DNA from: an uncultured Bacteroidia bacterium | GTDB taxonomy: Bacteria; Bacteroidota; Bacteroidia; Bacteroidales; CAJPTX01 | Direction: 5' to 3' | Assembly: GCA_963546395.1 (NCBI GenBank) | Contig: CAUUMS010000004.1 | Location: forward strand, 73,635-137,634 | Length of the DNA stretch: 64,000 nucleotides | Part shown: positions 1 to 11,406 of the stretch, piece by piece | Position numbering within the stretch: position 1 is the stretch's first letter | How the letters are laid out: each line of letters starts with the position of its first letter | Made by a program: the position numbers and the translations under genes | Notes under the pieces: model-generated | Told to the model about the DNA's origin: nothing | Database searches by the model: none | What the model saw: the letters and a program-made list of their open reading frames with translations, nothing else

Positions 1-1037
1 CGTCCCCGCTTGCCCTTCAGGCTATCGCTGAGCGACTTGAGCGGCCGATTGCCATCGGTCTTGACTACGTTCGATCGCCGTGTATTATCAAACAGCGAGT
101 CGACGGCCTCCTGAAGCATGCGCTTCTCATTACGCAGGATGACCTCTGGGGCCTTGATCTCAAGGAGCTTCTTCAGACGATTATTGCGGATGATAACCCG
201 ACGGTACAGATCATTGAGATCCGACGTGGCAAAGCGTCCGCCATCGAGCGGCACCAGCGGACGCAGCTCGGGAGGAATAACCGGGATGATGCGCATGACC
301 ATCCACTCGGGCTTATTCTCACCCCGTGATTCACGGAAGGCCTCTACCACTTGCAGGCGCTTCAGCGCATCGTTCTTACGTTGTTGCGAACGCTCCGTCT
401 CGGCGGCATGACGCAGGTTGTAGCTCAGCTCATCGAGGTCGAGATTAGCCAGGAGCATCTCGATGGCCAGTGCTCCCATAGCAGCCACGAACTTCGATGG
501 ATCCTGATCGTCCAGCTGCTGATTGCCCTTCGGTAGCTGCCCCAGAACGTCGTAATACTCCTCCTCGGTCAGCAGCTCCAGATACTCCCGACCCGAGACC
601 CCCGGCTTTATCACCACGTACTTTTCATAGTAGATGATAGAGTCAAGCTTCTTGGTCGGCAGGCCTAGCAGGTGGCCAATCTTATTGGGTAGCGAGCGGA
701 AATACCATATGTGCGCCACTGGCACCACGAGCTCAATGTGCCCCGTACGCTCACGGCGAACCTTCTTCTCCGTCACCTCCACGTTACAGCGGTCGCAGAT
801 GATCCCCTTGTAGCGCAACCGCTTGTATTTACCGCAATGGCACTCGTAATCTTTGACTGGGCCAAATATATGCTCGCAAAAGAGCCCATCACGCTCGGGC
901 TTATAGGTGCGGTAGTTGATCGTCTCAGGCTTCAGCACCTCACCGTACGAGCGCTCGCGAATCTGCTTAGGCGAGGCCAGCCCAATGGTTATCCGTGTGA
1001 ACTGAGAACTGTCCCGCGTATCCTTGCGAAAACTCAT
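1..1037 (-). CDS. rpoC: DNA-directed RNA polymerase subunit beta' (N-terminal ~345 aa; gene runs off the left window edge)
   Basis: Absent from the ORF track because no stop lies in the window. Reverse-strand translation from the ATG at 1035-1037 reads [88 protein letters not shown]..., the conserved beta' N-terminus with its zinc-binding Cys cluster. It lies directly downstream of rpoB. Confidence 0.9.
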   Translation of the reverse strand, partial: MSFRKDTRDSSQFTRITIGLASPKQIRERSYGEVLKPETINYRTYKPERDGLFCEHIFGPVKDYECHCGKYKRLRYKGIICDRCNVEVTEKKVRRERTGHIELVVPVAHIWYFRSLPNKIGHLLGLPTKKLDSIIYYEKYVVIKPGVSGREYLELLTEEEYYDVLGQLPKGNQQLDDQDPSKFVAAMGALAIEMLLANLDLDELSYNLRHAAETERSQQRKNDALKRLQVVEAFRESRGENKPEWMVMRIIPVIPPELRPLVPLDGGRFATSDLNDLYRRVIIRNNRLKKLLEIKAPEVILRNEKRMLQEAVDSLFDNTRRSNVVKTDGNRPLKSLSDSLKGKRG

Positions 1038-1089
1038 ATCCGATATCCTCCTTCTGTCCCCCTACTGGTTAACAATTCACAGCCTCACA

Positions 1090-4000
1090 CTAATCAAACC
1101 GAACGCTAAGCCCGAGGCCTCGCAATTCGTGCAAGAGGACATTGAGCGACTCAGGGAGTCCCGGCGTGGGCATAAGATCCCCCTTCACAATCGCCTCGTA
1201 CGTCTTCGAACGTCCTTCCACGTCATCGGACTTCACCGTCAGGATCTCCTGTAGGATATTGGCAGCCCCAAACGCTTCAAGGGCCCAGACTTCCATCTCC
1301 CCAAAACGCTGACCCCCGAACTGGGCCTTACCGCCGAGCGGCTGCTGCGTGATGAGCGAGTATGGGCCGATTGAACGGGCGTGCATCTTGTCATCAACCA
1401 TGTGCCCAAGCTTGAGCATGTAAATCACGCCCACCGTAGCCGGCTGGTCGAATCGCTCGCCCGTGCCACCGTCGCACAGGTGTATCTTGCCGAAACGTGG
1501 CAAGCCTGCCTTGTCGGTGTACTCAGTGATGTCATCCAGCGTAGCCCCATCGAAAATAGGTGTCGCAAACTTCACGCCCAACTTCTGGCCAGCCCACCCC
1601 AGGACGCTCTCATAGATCTGCCCCAAGTTCATACGCGAGGGAACCCCCAGCGGGTTAAGCACGATGTCAACTGGCGTACCATCGGGCAAGAATGGCATAT
1701 CCTCGTCTCGCACGATCTTCGCCACAATCCCCTTATTCCCGTGGCGCCCTGCCATCTTATCACCCACACGGATCTTACGCTTCTTCGCCACGTACACCTT
1801 GGCGAGCTGCAAGATGCCCGAGGGTAGCTCAGCCCCAATCGTTATGGCGAACAGATCACGCTGACGCTTCGCATCGAGCATCTTGTACTGGCGACTGTAG
1901 TTGTACACCAGTGTCGCAATCATCTCGCACTTCTCCTTGTCGGCAATCCAGCGATGAGGATTAATGTCAAGATAGTCCTTCACCCCCTGAAGGGTCTTGA
2001 GGGTTATCTTCTGCCCCTTGGGTATCTGGACAACGCCGTTGTAATCCTCCACGCCTTGCGACGTGCGACCACTCACGAGCTCGAGCAGCTTCTCAATCAG
2101 CTTTTCACGTAGGGCCGTCTTGCCGTGGTTGAAGTCCTCTTCCACCCGTGCACTCCGCAACTTGACATCACCACGTATACGGTGAGGATCCTTGGCAGCA
2201 CCGGAGAATAGCTTTTTATCAACCACCACCCCATACAGTGAGGGGGGTGCCTTCAGCGACGCATCCTTCACATCGCCCGCCTTGTCCCCGAAGATTGCTC
2301 GCAGTAGCTTCTCCTCGGGCGATGGATCCGACTCACCCTTCGGCGTGATCTTCCCGATCAGGATATCGCCCGGCACCACTTTGGCCCCCAGGCGAATCAT
2401 CCCGTTCTCGTCCAGATCCTTAGTAGCCTCTTCGCTCACATTGGGAATATCAGCCGTCAGCTCTTCCTGGCCACGCTTCGTATCACGCACCTCCAGGTAG
2501 TACTCGTCCACGTGCACCGACGTAAAGAAGTCCTCCCGCACGAGACGCTCGCTGATTACAATAGCATCCTCAAAGTTGTAGCCCTTCCAAGGCATGAAAG
2601 CAACCTTAAGGTTACGTCCTAGCGCCAGATCCCCCTTGTCGGTGGCATAACCATCCGACATCAGATCCCCCTTCTTCACACGTTGCCCCCTGCGCACCGT
2701 CGGGCGCAGGGTTAAGCTCGTGCTCTGGTTCGTCTTTAGGAACTTCGGCAGCTTGTACTCCTTCGTGTCAGGCTCAAAGCTGAGGAACGTCTCTTGCTCC
2801 GTGCGATCGTAACGAACAACGATGGAGTTGGCATCCACCGACACTACTTCCCCATCACCCTCGGCCACCACCTGCACGCGGCTATCACGCACCACCATAT
2901 CCTCTAGCCCCGTCCCCACAATGGGAGACTCCGGCGAGAGCAGCGGCACAGCCTGCCGCATCATGTTAGAGCCCATCAGAGCGCGGTTAGCATCGTCATT
3001 CTCCAGGAATGGGATGAGCGACGCTGCAATAGACGCAATCTGATTGGGTGCTACGTCCATCAGATTAACCTCGTCGGGCGAGGAGAGAGGGAAGTCCCCC
3101 TCATGGCGCGACTTCACCTTCGGATTCTGGAAGTGGTAATCATCCGTCAGCGGCGCATTAGCCTGGGCTATAATCTGATTCTCCTCCTCTTCCGCGGAGC
3201 AATACACCGTGCCCTCAGGGCTGAAATCAACCACCCCATCTTTCACCTTGCGGTAGGGGGTCTCGATGAAGCCCAGCTGATTGATGCGGGCGTACACGCA
3301 CAGGGACGAAATAAGACCGATATTCGGCCCTTCCGGCGTCTCAATCGGGCACAGGCGACCGTAGTGCGTGTAGTGCACGTCACGAACCTCAAAGCCCGCA
3401 CGCTCGCGCGACAGACCACCAGGCCCGAGGGCTGAGAGCCTACGCTTATGCGTCATCTCCGCCAGCGGGTTCGTCTGATCCATGAACTGCGACAGCTGGT
3501 TCGTCCCGAAGAACGAATTGATGACCGCAGAGAGCGTCTTAGGATTGATCAGATCCGTGGGCGAGAACACCTCATTGTCCCGCACATTCATCCGCTCCCG
3601 GATGGTGCGCGCCATGCGGAGCAGGCCCACGCTGAACTGGTTTGCCAGCTGCTCACCCACCGTGCGCACGCGACGATTGCTCAGGTGGTCGATATCATCC
3701 ACATCGGCCTTGGAATTCCGCAGTTCGATCAGATACTTGATGATCTGGATGATATCCTCGTTGGTAAGAACACGCACATCCTCCCCAATGGAGAGGTTCA
3801 GCTTGCGGTTGATCTTGAAACGCCCCACATGCCCCAGGTCGTAGCGCTTCTCCGAGAAGAACAGCTTATCGATCACGTCGCGCGCCGTGGCATCATCCGG
3901 TGGCTCAGCATTGCGGAGCAGGCGGTAGATATACGTCACCGCATCCTTCGAGCTCACCGTGAGGTCTTTAGCCAGCGTATCGTAGATAATCCGGTACTCA

Positions 4001-4905
4001 GCCGTCTCGCTATCCTTCTGGAGCACAATCCGCCGTATACCCGACTCGAGGATCGTGTTGATGCTCTCATCATCCAGCACCACCCCACGATCCAGCAGCG
4101 GCTCATAGCGCGGCGTGGTGACTACCTCACCCGTCTCCTCATCGACAAAGTCCTCCGTCCACGTCTTCGACAGCTTACCCGCCAAGATGCGGCCCCGGTA
4201 CTTCTCAATCGAGGAGGCATTCACTTCAACCTCTTCCGCGAGGTTGAAAATGTTAAGTATATCGTTGTCCGTGTCGTACCCGATAGCCCGCAGGAGGGTG
4301 GTAACCGGCAACTTTTTGCGCCTATCGATGTAGGCGTACATCACGTTGTTGATGTCCGTGGCGAACTCTATCCACGACCCGCGAAATGGGATAATGCGAG
4401 CCGAGTAGAGCTTCGAGCCATTGTTATGCGTGCTCTGCGCAAAGAACACCCCCGGGGAACGGTGCAGCTGCGATACTACAACACGCTCCGCCCCGTTGAT
4501 AACGAAGGTGCCCCTGGGTGTCATGTCGGGGATCGCGCCGAGGTACACATCCTGCACCTCCGTGTCGAAATCCTCGTGGTCGGCATCGTTGCACGAGAGG
4601 CGCAGCTTGGCCTTCAGGAGCACTGAATATGTCAGCCCCTGCTCAATGCACTCCTCGATGGTGTACCGGGAAGGATCAATGAAGTAGTCTAGGAACTCGA
4701 GCGTGAAATTGTTACGCGTGTCCGAAATGGGGAAATTCTCCTCGAAGACCCGGTAAAGCCCCTCCTGCTTACGCTCCTCAGGCGTTGTCCAGAGGCTGAA
4801 GAAAGAGCGGAAGCTCTTGACCTGGATCTCCAAAAAGTCGGGATACTCAAACTGCGACTTCGCGCGGGCGAAGGATATTCTACCTTTTTTTGTCACCTGA
4901 GACAT
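1090..4905 (-). CDS. rpoB: DNA-directed RNA polymerase subunit beta
   Basis: 1300-aa ORF with unmistakable RpoB sequence throughout (e.g. ...[39 protein letters not shown]..., ...NMGQIYE-like [14 protein letters not shown]...). Start moved to the internal ATG ([16 protein letters not shown]...), 29 codons into the ORF. Confidence 0.97.
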   Translation of the reverse strand: MSQVTKKGRISFARAKSQFEYPDFLEIQVKSFRSFFSLWTTPEERKQEGLYRVFEENFPISDTRNNFTLEFLDYFIDPSRYTIEECIEQGLTYSVLLKAKLRLSCNDADHEDFDTEVQDVYLGAIPDMTPRGTFVINGAERVVVSQLHRSPGVFFAQSTHNNGSKLYSARIIPFRGSWIEFATDINNVMYAYIDRRKKLPVTTLLRAIGYDTDNDILNIFNLAEEVEVNASSIEKYRGRILAGKLSKTWTEDFVDEETGEVVTTPRYEPLLDRGVVLDDESINTILESGIRRIVLQKDSETAEYRIIYDTLAKDLTVSSKDAVTYIYRLLRNAEPPDDATARDVIDKLFFSEKRYDLGHVGRFKINRKLNLSIGEDVRVLTNEDIIQIIKYLIELRNSKADVDDIDHLSNRRVRTVGEQLANQFSVGLLRMARTIRERMNVRDNEVFSPTDLINPKTLSAVINSFFGTNQLSQFMDQTNPLAEMTHKRRLSALGPGGLSRERAGFEVRDVHYTHYGRLCPIETPEGPNIGLISSLCVYARINQLGFIETPYRKVKDGVVDFSPEGTVYCSAEEEENQIIAQANAPLTDDYHFQNPKVKSRHEGDFPLSSPDEVNLMDVAPNQIASIAASLIPFLENDDANRALMGSNMMRQAVPLLSPESPIVGTGLEDMVVRDSRVQVVAEGDGEVVSVDANSIVVRYDRTEQETFLSFEPDTKEYKLPKFLKTNQSTSLTLRPTVRRGQRVKKGDLMSDGYATDKGDLALGRNLKVAFMPWKGYNFEDAIVISERLVREDFFTSVHVDEYYLEVRDTKRGQEELTADIPNVSEEATKDLDENGMIRLGAKVVPGDILIGKITPKGESDPSPEEKLLRAIFGDKAGDVKDASLKAPPSLYGVVVDKKLFSGAAKDPHRIRGDVKLRSARVEEDFNHGKTALREKLIEKLLELVSGRTSQGVEDYNGVVQIPKGQKITLKTLQGVKDYLDINPHRWIADKEKCEMIATLVYNYSRQYKMLDAKRQRDLFAITIGAELPSGILQLAKVYVAKKRKIRVGDKMAGRHGNKGIVAKIVRDEDMPFLPDGTPVDIVLNPLGVPSRMNLGQIYESVLGWAGQKLGVKFATPIFDGATLDDITEYTDKAGLPRFGKIHLCDGGTGERFDQPATVGVIYMLKLGHMVDDKMHARSIGPYSLITQQPLGGKAQFGGQRFGEMEVWALEAFGAANILQEILTVKSDDVEGRSKTYEAIVKGDLMPTPGLPESLNVLLHELRGLGLSVRFD

Positions 4906-5028
4906 CGGCGTTATCGGTTGAAGAGGGATAAGAGATGCATGCGAACCACGAACCTCACATATACAGAAATTTGCCATCGGGGCACAACGCACCCCAACGG
5001 CTCATCCCCGGCGAAGCGGATCCCACAG

Positions 5029-5055
5029 CCCCCATCCGCGCAAGGCGAATGGGGG
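5029..5055 (-). promoter_or_regulatory. rplL-rpoB intergenic hairpin (attenuator-like)
   Basis: An 11-bp stem with one mismatch (cccccatccgc / gcgaatggggg) and a 5-nt loop, in the 178-nt gap between the rplL stop and the rpoB start. A partial terminator/attenuator at this junction is classical in bacteria. There is no clear U-tract. Confidence 0.35.
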
Positions 5056-5083
5056 CATCATGGAATCGTCGAAACACTCTAGC

Positions 5084-5458
5084 CTACTTAATCTCAACCT
5101 CAGCCCCAGCCTCTTCCAGCTGTGCCTTCAGCGACTCAGCCTCTTCCTTCGAGACACCCTCCTTCAACGGCTTCGGAGCAGCATCTACCAACTCCTTCGC
5201 TTCCTTCAGACCCATCCCGGCCAAATCCTTCACCAGCTTAACCACCTGCAACTTGGCACCGCCAGCAGCCTTCAGGATCACATCGAACGAGGTCTTCTCC
5301 TCGGCGGCAGCAGCGCCACCAGCGGCAGGAGCGGCCACTGCAACAGCTGCAGCCGCAGGCTCGATACCATATTCATCTTTCAGAATGGTGGCCAGTTCAT
5401 TTGCCTCCTTTACAGTCAAGTTCACCAGCTCTTCTGCAAGCTTCTTCAGATCTGCCAT
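5084..5458 (-). CDS. rplL: 50S ribosomal protein L7/L12
   Basis: 124 aa with an Ala-rich hinge ([21 protein letters not shown]) and C-terminal ...[10 protein letters not shown]...EAGAEVEIK. Canonical position. Confidence 0.96.
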   Translation of the reverse strand: MADLKKLAEELVNLTVKEANELATILKDEYGIEPAAAAVAVAAPAAGGAAAAEEKTSFDVILKAAGGAKLQVVKLVKDLAGMGLKEAKELVDAAPKPLKEGVSKEEAESLKAQLEEAGAEVEIK

Positions 5459-5508
5459 CTCAGTTTCCCGTTAAAAATTCAAATCCAATGGTTATTGTTC
5501 GACCCCCT

Positions 5509-6033
5509 CTAGGCTCCTCTCTCACTCAGAGCCTTCACCAAACCAGATACAACGCTGCCACCCGACTGCACCGCAGACACCACCGTCTTAATCGGCGACT
5601 GCAGTAGCTGCATGATATCGGCCACAATCTCATCGCGGCTCTTGAGCTGCGCCAACGCATCGAGCGATCCCTCACCCAGGTAAACCGACTCCTCGGCGTA
5701 AGCCGCCTTCAGCACCGGCTTCTCATGGGTCTTGCGGAACTCCTTGATGATCTTCGCAGGCTCATTCGCCACATCCGTGAAGAACACCGCGCTCTCATTG
5801 CGCAGCAGCGGCTCAATCTCGCCCAGGCCGGCATGGCCTGCCTGCTCGAGCGCCTTGGCAAAGAGCGTGTTCTTAACCACCACCAGCTCCACCCCGCGCT
5901 CAAAGCACATCTTGCGGAGCTGGTGCGTATCACCCGCATTCAGCCCCCCGAGCTCCACCACGTAGAAGTGCGGATGGGCCGCCAGCCGAGCCATCAAACT
6001 CTCAACTACCTTCTGCTTCTCTTCTCTCGTCAT
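5509..6033 (-). CDS. rplJ: 50S ribosomal protein L10
   Basis: 174 aa, L10-like, between rplA and rplL. Confidence 0.93.
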   Translation of the reverse strand: MTREEKQKVVESLMARLAAHPHFYVVELGGLNAGDTHQLRKMCFERGVELVVVKNTLFAKALEQAGHAGLGEIEPLLRNESAVFFTDVANEPAKIIKEFRKTHEKPVLKAAYAEESVYLGEGSLDALAQLKSRDEIVADIMQLLQSPIKTVVSAVQSGGSVVSGLVKALSERGA

Positions 6034-6044
6034 GGCCCCCCACC

Positions 6045-6746
6045 TTAAGCATTAACATCGCGTACCGTCTGCAAATCGATGCAAACGCCCGGACTCATCG
6101 TACTCGACAGGAAGATGCTCCGCATGTACGTCCCCTTCAGCGACGAAGGCTTCAGGCGCACCACCGTCTGGATAAACTCGCGCGCATTCTCCACGAGCTG
6201 CTCCTCCGTGAAGGAGACACGCCCAATGGACACGTGCACAATCCCGAACTTATCCACGCGGAAATCGATCTTCCCCTGCTTCACCTCCGTGACCGCCTTC
6301 CCGATCTCAGCCGTTACCGTGCCGCTCTTGGGGTTGGGCATCAAGCCGCGCGGACCGAGGATACGACCGATCTGACCGATCTTCCCCATGATCTGCGGCA
6401 TCGTCACCACCACGTCGAAATCCGTCCAGCCGCCCTTGATCTTATCGATGTACTCGTCGAGGCCCACGAAATCGGCCCCCGCATCCTTCGCCTCCTGCTC
6501 CTTCTCCGGGGTGCAAAGCACGAGCACGCGCACCGTCTTCCCCGTCCCGTGGGGCAGCGTCACCACGCCGCGAACCATCTCGTTCGCCTTGCGCGGATCC
6601 ACACCCAGGCGTACGTCAATATCCACCGAGGCGTCAAACTTCGTGTAAGTAATCTGCTTCACCAGGCTTGCCGCCTCGCTGAGCGAGTAGCTCCGATTGG
6701 CATCCACCTGGGCCAGGGCCGCCTTACGCTTCTTAGAGATCTTCAT
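6045..6746 (-). CDS. rplA: 50S ribosomal protein L1
   Basis: 233 aa with L1 motifs (...[13 protein letters not shown]...[13 protein letters not shown]...). Confidence 0.95.
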   Translation of the reverse strand: MKISKKRKAALAQVDANRSYSLSEAASLVKQITYTKFDASVDIDVRLGVDPRKANEMVRGVVTLPHGTGKTVRVLVLCTPEKEQEAKDAGADFVGLDEYIDKIKGGWTDFDVVVTMPQIMGKIGQIGRILGPRGLMPNPKSGTVTAEIGKAVTEVKQGKIDFRVDKFGIVHVSIGRVSFTEEQLVENAREFIQTVVRLKPSSLKGTYMRSIFLSSTMSPGVCIDLQTVRDVNA

Positions 6747-6749
6747 GGC

Positions 6750-7202
6750 CTACTCTCCTTTCGCATTCTCGGGAAACGCCCCCTTCACCGTGATGCCCAT
6801 GCTACGCGCCGTGCCGGCCACCAGCCGCATGGCCGACTCGATGGTGAAGCAATTCAAATCGGGCATCTTCTCCTGGGCGATGGCCCGGATGTCCTCCCAC
6901 GTCAGGCTGCCGACCTTCCGCCGATTCGGCTCCGCGGAGCCCGACTTCAGCTTCAGCATCTCCTTCAGCTGCGCGGCAACCGGCGGAGTCTTAACGACGA
7001 ACTCGAACGACTTATCACCGTACACGGTGATGACAACCGGAAGGAGCTTACCCGCCTGCGCCTGAGTCCGAGCATTGAACTGCTTGCAGAACTCCATAAT
7101 GTTCACCCCCTTCGAGCCCAAAGCCGGCCCGACGGGAGGCGCAGGATTGGCCGCTCCCCCACGTATCTGGAGCTTAATAAAGCCCACTACCTCTTTTGCC
7201 AT
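6750..7202 (-). CDS. rplK: 50S ribosomal protein L11
   Basis: 150 aa; [44 protein letters not shown] is the canonical L11 N-terminus. Confidence 0.96.
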   Translation of the reverse strand: MAKEVVGFIKLQIRGGAANPAPPVGPALGSKGVNIMEFCKQFNARTQAQAGKLLPVVITVYGDKSFEFVVKTPPVAAQLKEMLKLKSGSAEPNRRKVGSLTWEDIRAIAQEKMPDLNCFTIESAMRLVAGTARSMGITVKGAFPENAKGE

Positions 7203-7225
7203 TTCATGTAGTTATTTTTACGACC

Positions 7226-7768
7226 CTACTCCTTCTCCACCTGCATGTAACTCAGCTCGAGTGGGGTTTTACGCTCGAAGATCTTCACCAGCACGGTTAG
7301 CTTACGCTTCTCCTCGTTGACCTCCGAGACTGTCCCAGCGAACGTGTTGAATGGGCCATCGATCACGCGAACCACATCGCCCACGCTGAACGGCACGGTC
7401 AGCACCTCCTCCTCCACGCTCTTTCCCAGCATGCGGTTAACCTCTGCCTCGCGCAGCTGCGCCGGATCGCCCTTGTGATCGGTCAGGAAGCCGAGCACAT
7501 CCGGGGCCTCCTTGAGCATGTACTCAACCTCAGCCACCAGAGATGCCTCAATCAGCACATACCCGGGTAGAAAAACTCGCTCCTTACTGACCTTCTTGCC
7601 GTTGCGTATCTGATAGACCCTCTCCGTGGGGACATGCACCGTGGGCAGAAACTCCTCCAAATGAAGCCGATTCGCCTCATTCTCCAGATACTGCCGAACA
7701 CGCCGCTCCCGACCGCCGATTACGCGCAGCACATACCACTGGAGTGGCAGCCTTGTTCCATCCGACAT
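7226..7768 (-). CDS. nusG: Transcription termination/antitermination factor NusG
   Basis: NGN domain (WYVLRV...GRE) and KOW domain (VGDVVRVIDGPF). The ORF-track start at 7774 is GTG; I prefer the ATG at 7768. Confidence 0.9.
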   Translation of the reverse strand: MSDGTRLPLQWYVLRVIGGRERRVRQYLENEANRLHLEEFLPTVHVPTERVYQIRNGKKVSKERVFLPGYVLIEASLVAEVEYMLKEAPDVLGFLTDHKGDPAQLREAEVNRMLGKSVEEEVLTVPFSVGDVVRVIDGPFNTFAGTVSEVNEEKRKLTVLVKIFERKTPLELSYMQVEKE

Positions 7769-7779
7769 TGCCACCTCCT

Positions 7780-7971
7780 TTAGTACAGCACGCGATAGAT
7801 CCAGTCCATCAAATGCTCGAACGACACATCCATGAGGAAGATGACTACCGCGATCAATAGGGAAGCTACCATGACTATTAATGCGCTAGACTGCAACTCC
7901 TTCCAGGTTGGCCAGGCCACCTTGTGGAGCATTTCATCATAGATATCACGCAGGTACCTCTTCAATCTCAT
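7780..7971 (-). CDS. secE: Preprotein translocase subunit SecE
   Basis: 63 aa from the internal ATG (MRLKRYLRDIYDEMLHKVAWPTWKELQSSALIVMVASLLIAVVIFLMD...) with a single TM. It lies between tRNA-Trp and nusG. The longer 104-aa ORF overlaps the tRNA and is rejected. Confidence 0.8.
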   Translation of the reverse strand: MRLKRYLRDIYDEMLHKVAWPTWKELQSSALIVMVASLLIAVVIFLMDVSFEHLMDWIYRVLY

Positions 7972-7984
7972 AGCTCGAAAAGCT

Positions 7985-8060
7985 TGGCACGGGAGGAGCG
8001 ACTCGAACGCCCGACACCTAGTTTTGGAGACTAGTGCTCTACCAACTGAGCTACACCCGT
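7985..8060 (-). tRNA. tRNA-Trp (anticodon CCA)
   Basis: Hand-folded cloverleaf: ...TAGCTCAGTTGGTAGAGC...CTAGT-CTCCAAA-ACTAG...GGGCGTTCGAGTCGCTC...GCCA. The 3' CCA is encoded. One mismatch in the acceptor stem. Confidence 0.88.
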
Positions 8061-8118
8061 CCGAAGGGCGATGCCCCGGCGGTGCCGCAAGCACCCACCG
8101 GGACAGTCCCCCACTACT

Positions 8119-9306
8119 TTACTGTAGGATTTCCACCACCTGGCCAGCACCTACCGTGCGACCGCCTTCGCGGATGGCGAAGCGGAGACCCGTGTTGATG
8201 GCCACCGGGTAGATGAGCTCTACCGAAATCGTCACGTTGTCACCCGGCATCACCATCTCGCGGCCTTCCGGCAGGGTGATCTCACCCGTCACGTCGAGCG
8301 TGCGGAGGTAGAACTGCGGACGGTACTTGTTGCGGAACGGCGTGTGACGACCGCCTTCCTCTTTCTTCAGCACGTACACCTCAGCCTTGAACTTGGTGTG
8401 AGGCGTGATGGTACCCGGCTTAGCCAACACCTGACCGCGCTTGATCTCATCCTTCTCAATACCGCGCAGCAGCAGCCCGACGTTGTCGCCAGCTTCCCCT
8501 TCGTCGAGGATCTTGCGGAACATCTCAACCCCGGTGCAGACCGTCTTCTTCTTCTCGGCGCCCAGACCCACGATCTCGAGCTCATCGCCCGTGTGGATAA
8601 CGCCCGTCTCAATCCTACCCGTCGCCACGGTACCACGACCCGTGATGGAGAACACGTCTTCCACCGGCATCAGGAACGGCTTTTCGTTCTCACGGGGAGG
8701 GATCGGGATGTACTCATCCACCGCATCCATCAGCTCCATCACCTTGTCAACCCACTGCGGTTCGCCGTTGAGGGCGCCGAGTGCCGAGCCGCGGATCACC
8801 GGGGTCTTATCGCCGTCGAACTTGTAGAAGTTCAGCAGGTCACGGATGTCCATCTCCACGAGATCGAGCATCTCGGGGTCGTCCACCTGGTCGCACTTGT
8901 TCATGAATACCACGATGCGGGGCACGTTCACCTGGCGGGCCAGCAGGATGTGCTCGCGCGTCTGGGGCATCGGGCCATCGGTAGCGGCCACCACGATGAT
9001 GGCACCGTCCATCTGCGCCGCCCCCGTAACCATGTTCTTTACATAGTCAGCGTGGCCAGGGCAGTCCACGTGCGCGTAGTGCCGAGCAGCAGTCTGGTAC
9101 TCTACGTGAGACGTGTTAATGGTGATCCCACGCTCCTTCTCCTCGGGCGCATTGTCAATCGAATCGAATGAACGAACCTCCGAGAGACCCTTGTCGGCCA
9201 ACACCTTGGTAATAGCCGCCGTAAGGGTCGTCTTCCCGTGATCCACGTGCCCAATCGTTCCGACGTTGACGTGGGGTTTTGACCTATCAAATTTCTCCTT
9301 TGCCAT
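8119..9306 (-). CDS. tuf: Elongation factor Tu
   Basis: 395 aa; [18 protein letters not shown] and NKCD GTPase motifs. Confidence 0.98.
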   Translation of the reverse strand: MAKEKFDRSKPHVNVGTIGHVDHGKTTLTAAITKVLADKGLSEVRSFDSIDNAPEEKERGITINTSHVEYQTAARHYAHVDCPGHADYVKNMVTGAAQMDGAIIVVAATDGPMPQTREHILLARQVNVPRIVVFMNKCDQVDDPEMLDLVEMDIRDLLNFYKFDGDKTPVIRGSALGALNGEPQWVDKVMELMDAVDEYIPIPPRENEKPFLMPVEDVFSITGRGTVATGRIETGVIHTGDELEIVGLGAEKKKTVCTGVEMFRKILDEGEAGDNVGLLLRGIEKDEIKRGQVLAKPGTITPHTKFKAEVYVLKKEEGGRHTPFRNKYRPQFYLRTLDVTGEITLPEGREMVMPGDNVTISVELIYPVAINTGLRFAIREGGRTVGAGQVVEILQ

Positions 9307-9364
9307 TGTTCGCTACCTTATTTACGATTATTCCGAAACCTCACCTCCCAGCACCTACTACACG

Positions 9365-9436
<72 letters not shown>

Positions 9437-9443
9437 ATGCGCG

Positions 9444-9516
9444 AGCGGGAGACGAGATTCGAACCCGCGACCCTCAGCTTGGAAGGCTGATGCTCTGCCA
9501 ACTGAGCTACTCCCGC
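9444..9516 (-). tRNA. tRNA-Gly (anticodon UCC)
   Basis: GCGGGAGTAGCTCAGTTGGCAGAGCATCAGCCTTCCAAGCTGA...GGTTCGAATC...CTCCCGCT. Confidence 0.9.
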
Positions 9517-9559
9517 GCAATCAACGGCACCAGCTGGTGCCCAAAACAAAACATTCGGG

Positions 9560-9642
9560 TGGGGAGAGCAGGATTCGAACCTACGAAGGCGTAAGCCAAC
9601 AGATTTACAGTCTGCCCCAGTTGACCGCTTTGGTATCTCCCC
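9560..9642 (-). tRNA. tRNA-Tyr (anticodon GUA, long variable arm)
   Basis: GGGGAGATACCAAAGCGGTCAACTGGGGCAGACTGTAAATCTGTTGGCTTACGCCTTCGTAGGTTCGAATCCTGCTCTCCCCA. Confidence 0.9.
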
Positions 9643-9682
9643 GTTTGTGCTATCGATAGCACCCTATCTCAAAGAACACCTG

Positions 9683-9756
9683 AGCCGATGGAGGGATTCG
9701 AACCCACGACCTGCTGATTACAAATCAGCTGCTCTAACCAGCTGAGCTACATCGGC
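9683..9756 (-). tRNA. tRNA-Thr (anticodon UGU)
   Basis: GCCGATGTAGCTCAGCTGGTTAGAGCAGCTGATTTGTAATCAGCAGGTCGTGGGTTCGAATCCCTCCATCGGCT. Confidence 0.9.
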
Positions 9757-9797
9757 GAGCCCATTGAGCCCCTCCAGGCTGCTCACGAATTGAGTGG

Positions 9798-9829
9798 CAA
9801 AGGTACAACTATTTTATGAACAAATCAAA
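9798..9829 (-). promoter_or_regulatory. Bacteroidota-type promoter (TTTG-N20-TACCTTTG) for the tRNA-tuf transcription unit
   Basis: On the minus strand the -7 box TACCTTTG is at 9805..9798 and the -33 TTTG at 9829..9826, with a 20-nt spacer. It lies 42 nt upstream of the tRNA-Thr(UGU) 5' end. It matches the published Bacteroides sigma-ABfr consensus TTTG/TAnnTTTG. Confidence 0.55.
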
Positions 9830-9877
9830 ACCTCTCCCCTCCAGCCCGTCATGATCGCGGGCATCACGCAGGTAAAA

Positions 9878-10171
9878 TCACCCCTGCGATTTCCCTTTGC
9901 GCTTCATCAGCTGGCGGCGCAACGCCTCTAGGGCATCGTCCACAGCCTCCTCGAAACTATCGGCCTGCTTCGAGGCGAAGAGCTCACCGCCGCGCAGTAA
10001 CAGCTTGATTTCGGCCACCTTGCGCTCCTCCTGCCCATTCTCTAGGCGCAGAAAAACCTCGGCCACCTCAATCTCGTCCTCAAAGCGGCGCAGCTTTTCC
10101 ACCTTCTGCTGCACAAACTCCATCAGCCTGGAGTGCGCGGTGAAACCTACCGACTGAATCTGTATTTTCAT
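9878..10171 (-). CDS. hpf: Ribosome hibernation/ribosome-associated inhibitor (HPF/RaiA family, short form)
   Basis: MKIQIQSVGFTAHSRLMEFVQQKVEKLRRFEDEI...EAVDDALEALRRQLMKRKGK is typical sigma54-modulation/S30EA family sequence. Start taken at the internal ATG; the ATG at 10180 is an alternative. The 135-aa ORF extension overlaps xerC. Confidence 0.8.
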   Translation of the reverse strand: MKIQIQSVGFTAHSRLMEFVQQKVEKLRRFEDEIEVAEVFLRLENGQEERKVAEIKLLLRGGELFASKQADSFEEAVDDALEALRRQLMKRKGKSQG

Positions 10172-10184
10172 TCCGTCCATAGTC

Positions 10185-11135
10185 CTACTCTTTGGCTTGA
10201 TTTTGCACTTCCATCCGCCGACTCCGGCCGTTGCCCTGCGCGTGGGGGTGGGCCTCGCGGTAGGCAGCCAGGAGCTGATCGACATCCACGTGGGTGTAGA
10301 TCTGGGTGGTCTGAAGGCTAGCGTGGCCCAGCAAGTCCTTAATGGTCACGATGTCGGCCCCACGACGCAACAGGTGGGTGGCAAAGGAGTGGCGAATCGT
10401 GTGCGGATTGTGATGCGTGGCCCTCGGGAGCCTCGACAGGTAGCTTCGCACCGTCGAATACACGAACGACCCGCTCACAGGCGCACCGTTATTATCCCGA
10501 AAAACATTCCCATCACCTCGCACGCCCAGCTCGCTCTCCAGCACCCTGCAGTAGCTCTCCAGCTCGCCCCTTAGTTCGTGTGTAACGGGCAGCAGCCGCT
10601 CCTTGTTACCCTTCCCCCGAACACGCACCATCATGGCCGGAAAGTCGAAATCGCTCCATCGCAAGCCCACCAGCTCCGCCCGGCGTAGCCCGAGCGTGTA
10701 GAGTGCTAGCAGCATGAGTCGATCCCGCTGCCCCTCTATCCCCGCGGGGTACTCCAGCTCATCGAGCAGGTGCGCCATATCCTCCTCCGGGATATAGCTG
10801 GGGAGCCGTCTTGCGGCCCGCTGGCGCGGCACCGTGGACACCGGGTTCGTGGCCCGCTCGCCCACCTGGCACAGGTAGCGGAAGTAGTAGCTAAGGCTCG
10901 AGAGGCGGCGATTCACCGATGCGGGCTCATGGCCAGCCTCCACCATGCTCATCACCCACCGGCGGACATCCCGATCGTCAGCCTGCCTGGATGCAACCCC
11001 CACGTCCTCGCCAGGGAACGCCTGATCGAGGAAACGCTGCACGTCGTTCACGTAGGCTTGCTGCGTGAGCGGCGAGTAACAGCGCTCGTACGTGAGGAAC
11101 TCGGCAAACTGCATCAGTAGATCGCCCGTGGGCAT
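10185..11135 (-). CDS. xerC: Tyrosine site-specific recombinase, XerC/XerD-like (housekeeping synteny partner of rpsU/hpf)
   Basis: N-terminal SAM-like core-binding domain (FAEFLTYERCYSPLTQQAYVNDVQRFL). Catalytic motifs RAELVGLRWSD, HTIRHSFATHLL and LGHASLQTTQIYTHV. The ORF-track start at 11153 is TTG; I prefer the ATG at 11135. Confidence 0.8.
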   Translation of the reverse strand: MPTGDLLMQFAEFLTYERCYSPLTQQAYVNDVQRFLDQAFPGEDVGVASRQADDRDVRRWVMSMVEAGHEPASVNRRLSSLSYYFRYLCQVGERATNPVSTVPRQRAARRLPSYIPEEDMAHLLDELEYPAGIEGQRDRLMLLALYTLGLRRAELVGLRWSDFDFPAMMVRVRGKGNKERLLPVTHELRGELESYCRVLESELGVRGDGNVFRDNNGAPVSGSFVYSTVRSYLSRLPRATHHNPHTIRHSFATHLLRRGADIVTIKDLLGHASLQTTQIYTHVDVDQLLAAYREAHPHAQGNGRSRRMEVQNQAKE

Positions 11136-11178
11136 ATATATCCTCCCTGTCAACCGGGGTCAGACGCCCCGGCAAAGA

Positions 11179-11370
11179 CTACTCTTCCTGCTCCTGGAGG
11201 TGCTGCACATAGCATGCGTGCAGGATCTCCTCGCGGCGGCGCACCGACGGCTTGATGAATGCCTGGCGGCGGCGGATCTCGCGCATCGTACCGGTGCGAT
11301 CGAATTTCCGCTTGAAACGCTTCAGCGCACGCTCTATGTTTTCGCCCTCTTTTACCGGTATAATTATCAT
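11179..11370 (-). CDS. rpsU: 30S ribosomal protein S21
   Basis: 63 aa from the internal ATG: MIIIPVKEGENIERALKRFKRKFDRTGTMREIRRRQAFIKPSVRRREE... Confidence 0.9.
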   Translation of the reverse strand: MIIIPVKEGENIERALKRFKRKFDRTGTMREIRRRQAFIKPSVRRREEILHACYVQHLQEQEE

Positions 11371-11406
11371 TGCTCTGCTATTAGTGTACGAACTGCATTT
11401 TCGCCG

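Noticed and set aside
3448-4626. 392-aa plus-strand ORF (and several others from 1381 to 4687) inside rpoB
   Set aside because: It lies antisense to an unmistakable rpoB. Its composition is Arg/His/Leu-rich and low-complexity, typical of shadow ORFs in GC-rich DNA. It has no recognisable motif.
6234-7211. 325-aa plus-strand ORF spanning rplA and rplK, and the 275-aa ORF opposite tuf (8344..9171)
   Set aside because: Both are antisense to ribosomal and EF-Tu genes, so they are shadow ORFs.
7972-8094. N-terminal extension of the secE ORF to 104 aa
   Set aside because: The extension runs through the tRNA-Trp gene (7985..8060). The internal ATG gives a typical 63-aa SecE.
10185-11135. Tyrosine recombinase as a marker of a mobile element or invertible promoter
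   Set aside because: The gene sits in the conserved rpsU-xerC-hpf-tRNA-tuf arrangement. I saw no flanking inverted or direct repeats, no cargo genes and no att-like tRNA duplication. I treat it as a housekeeping Xer-type recombinase.
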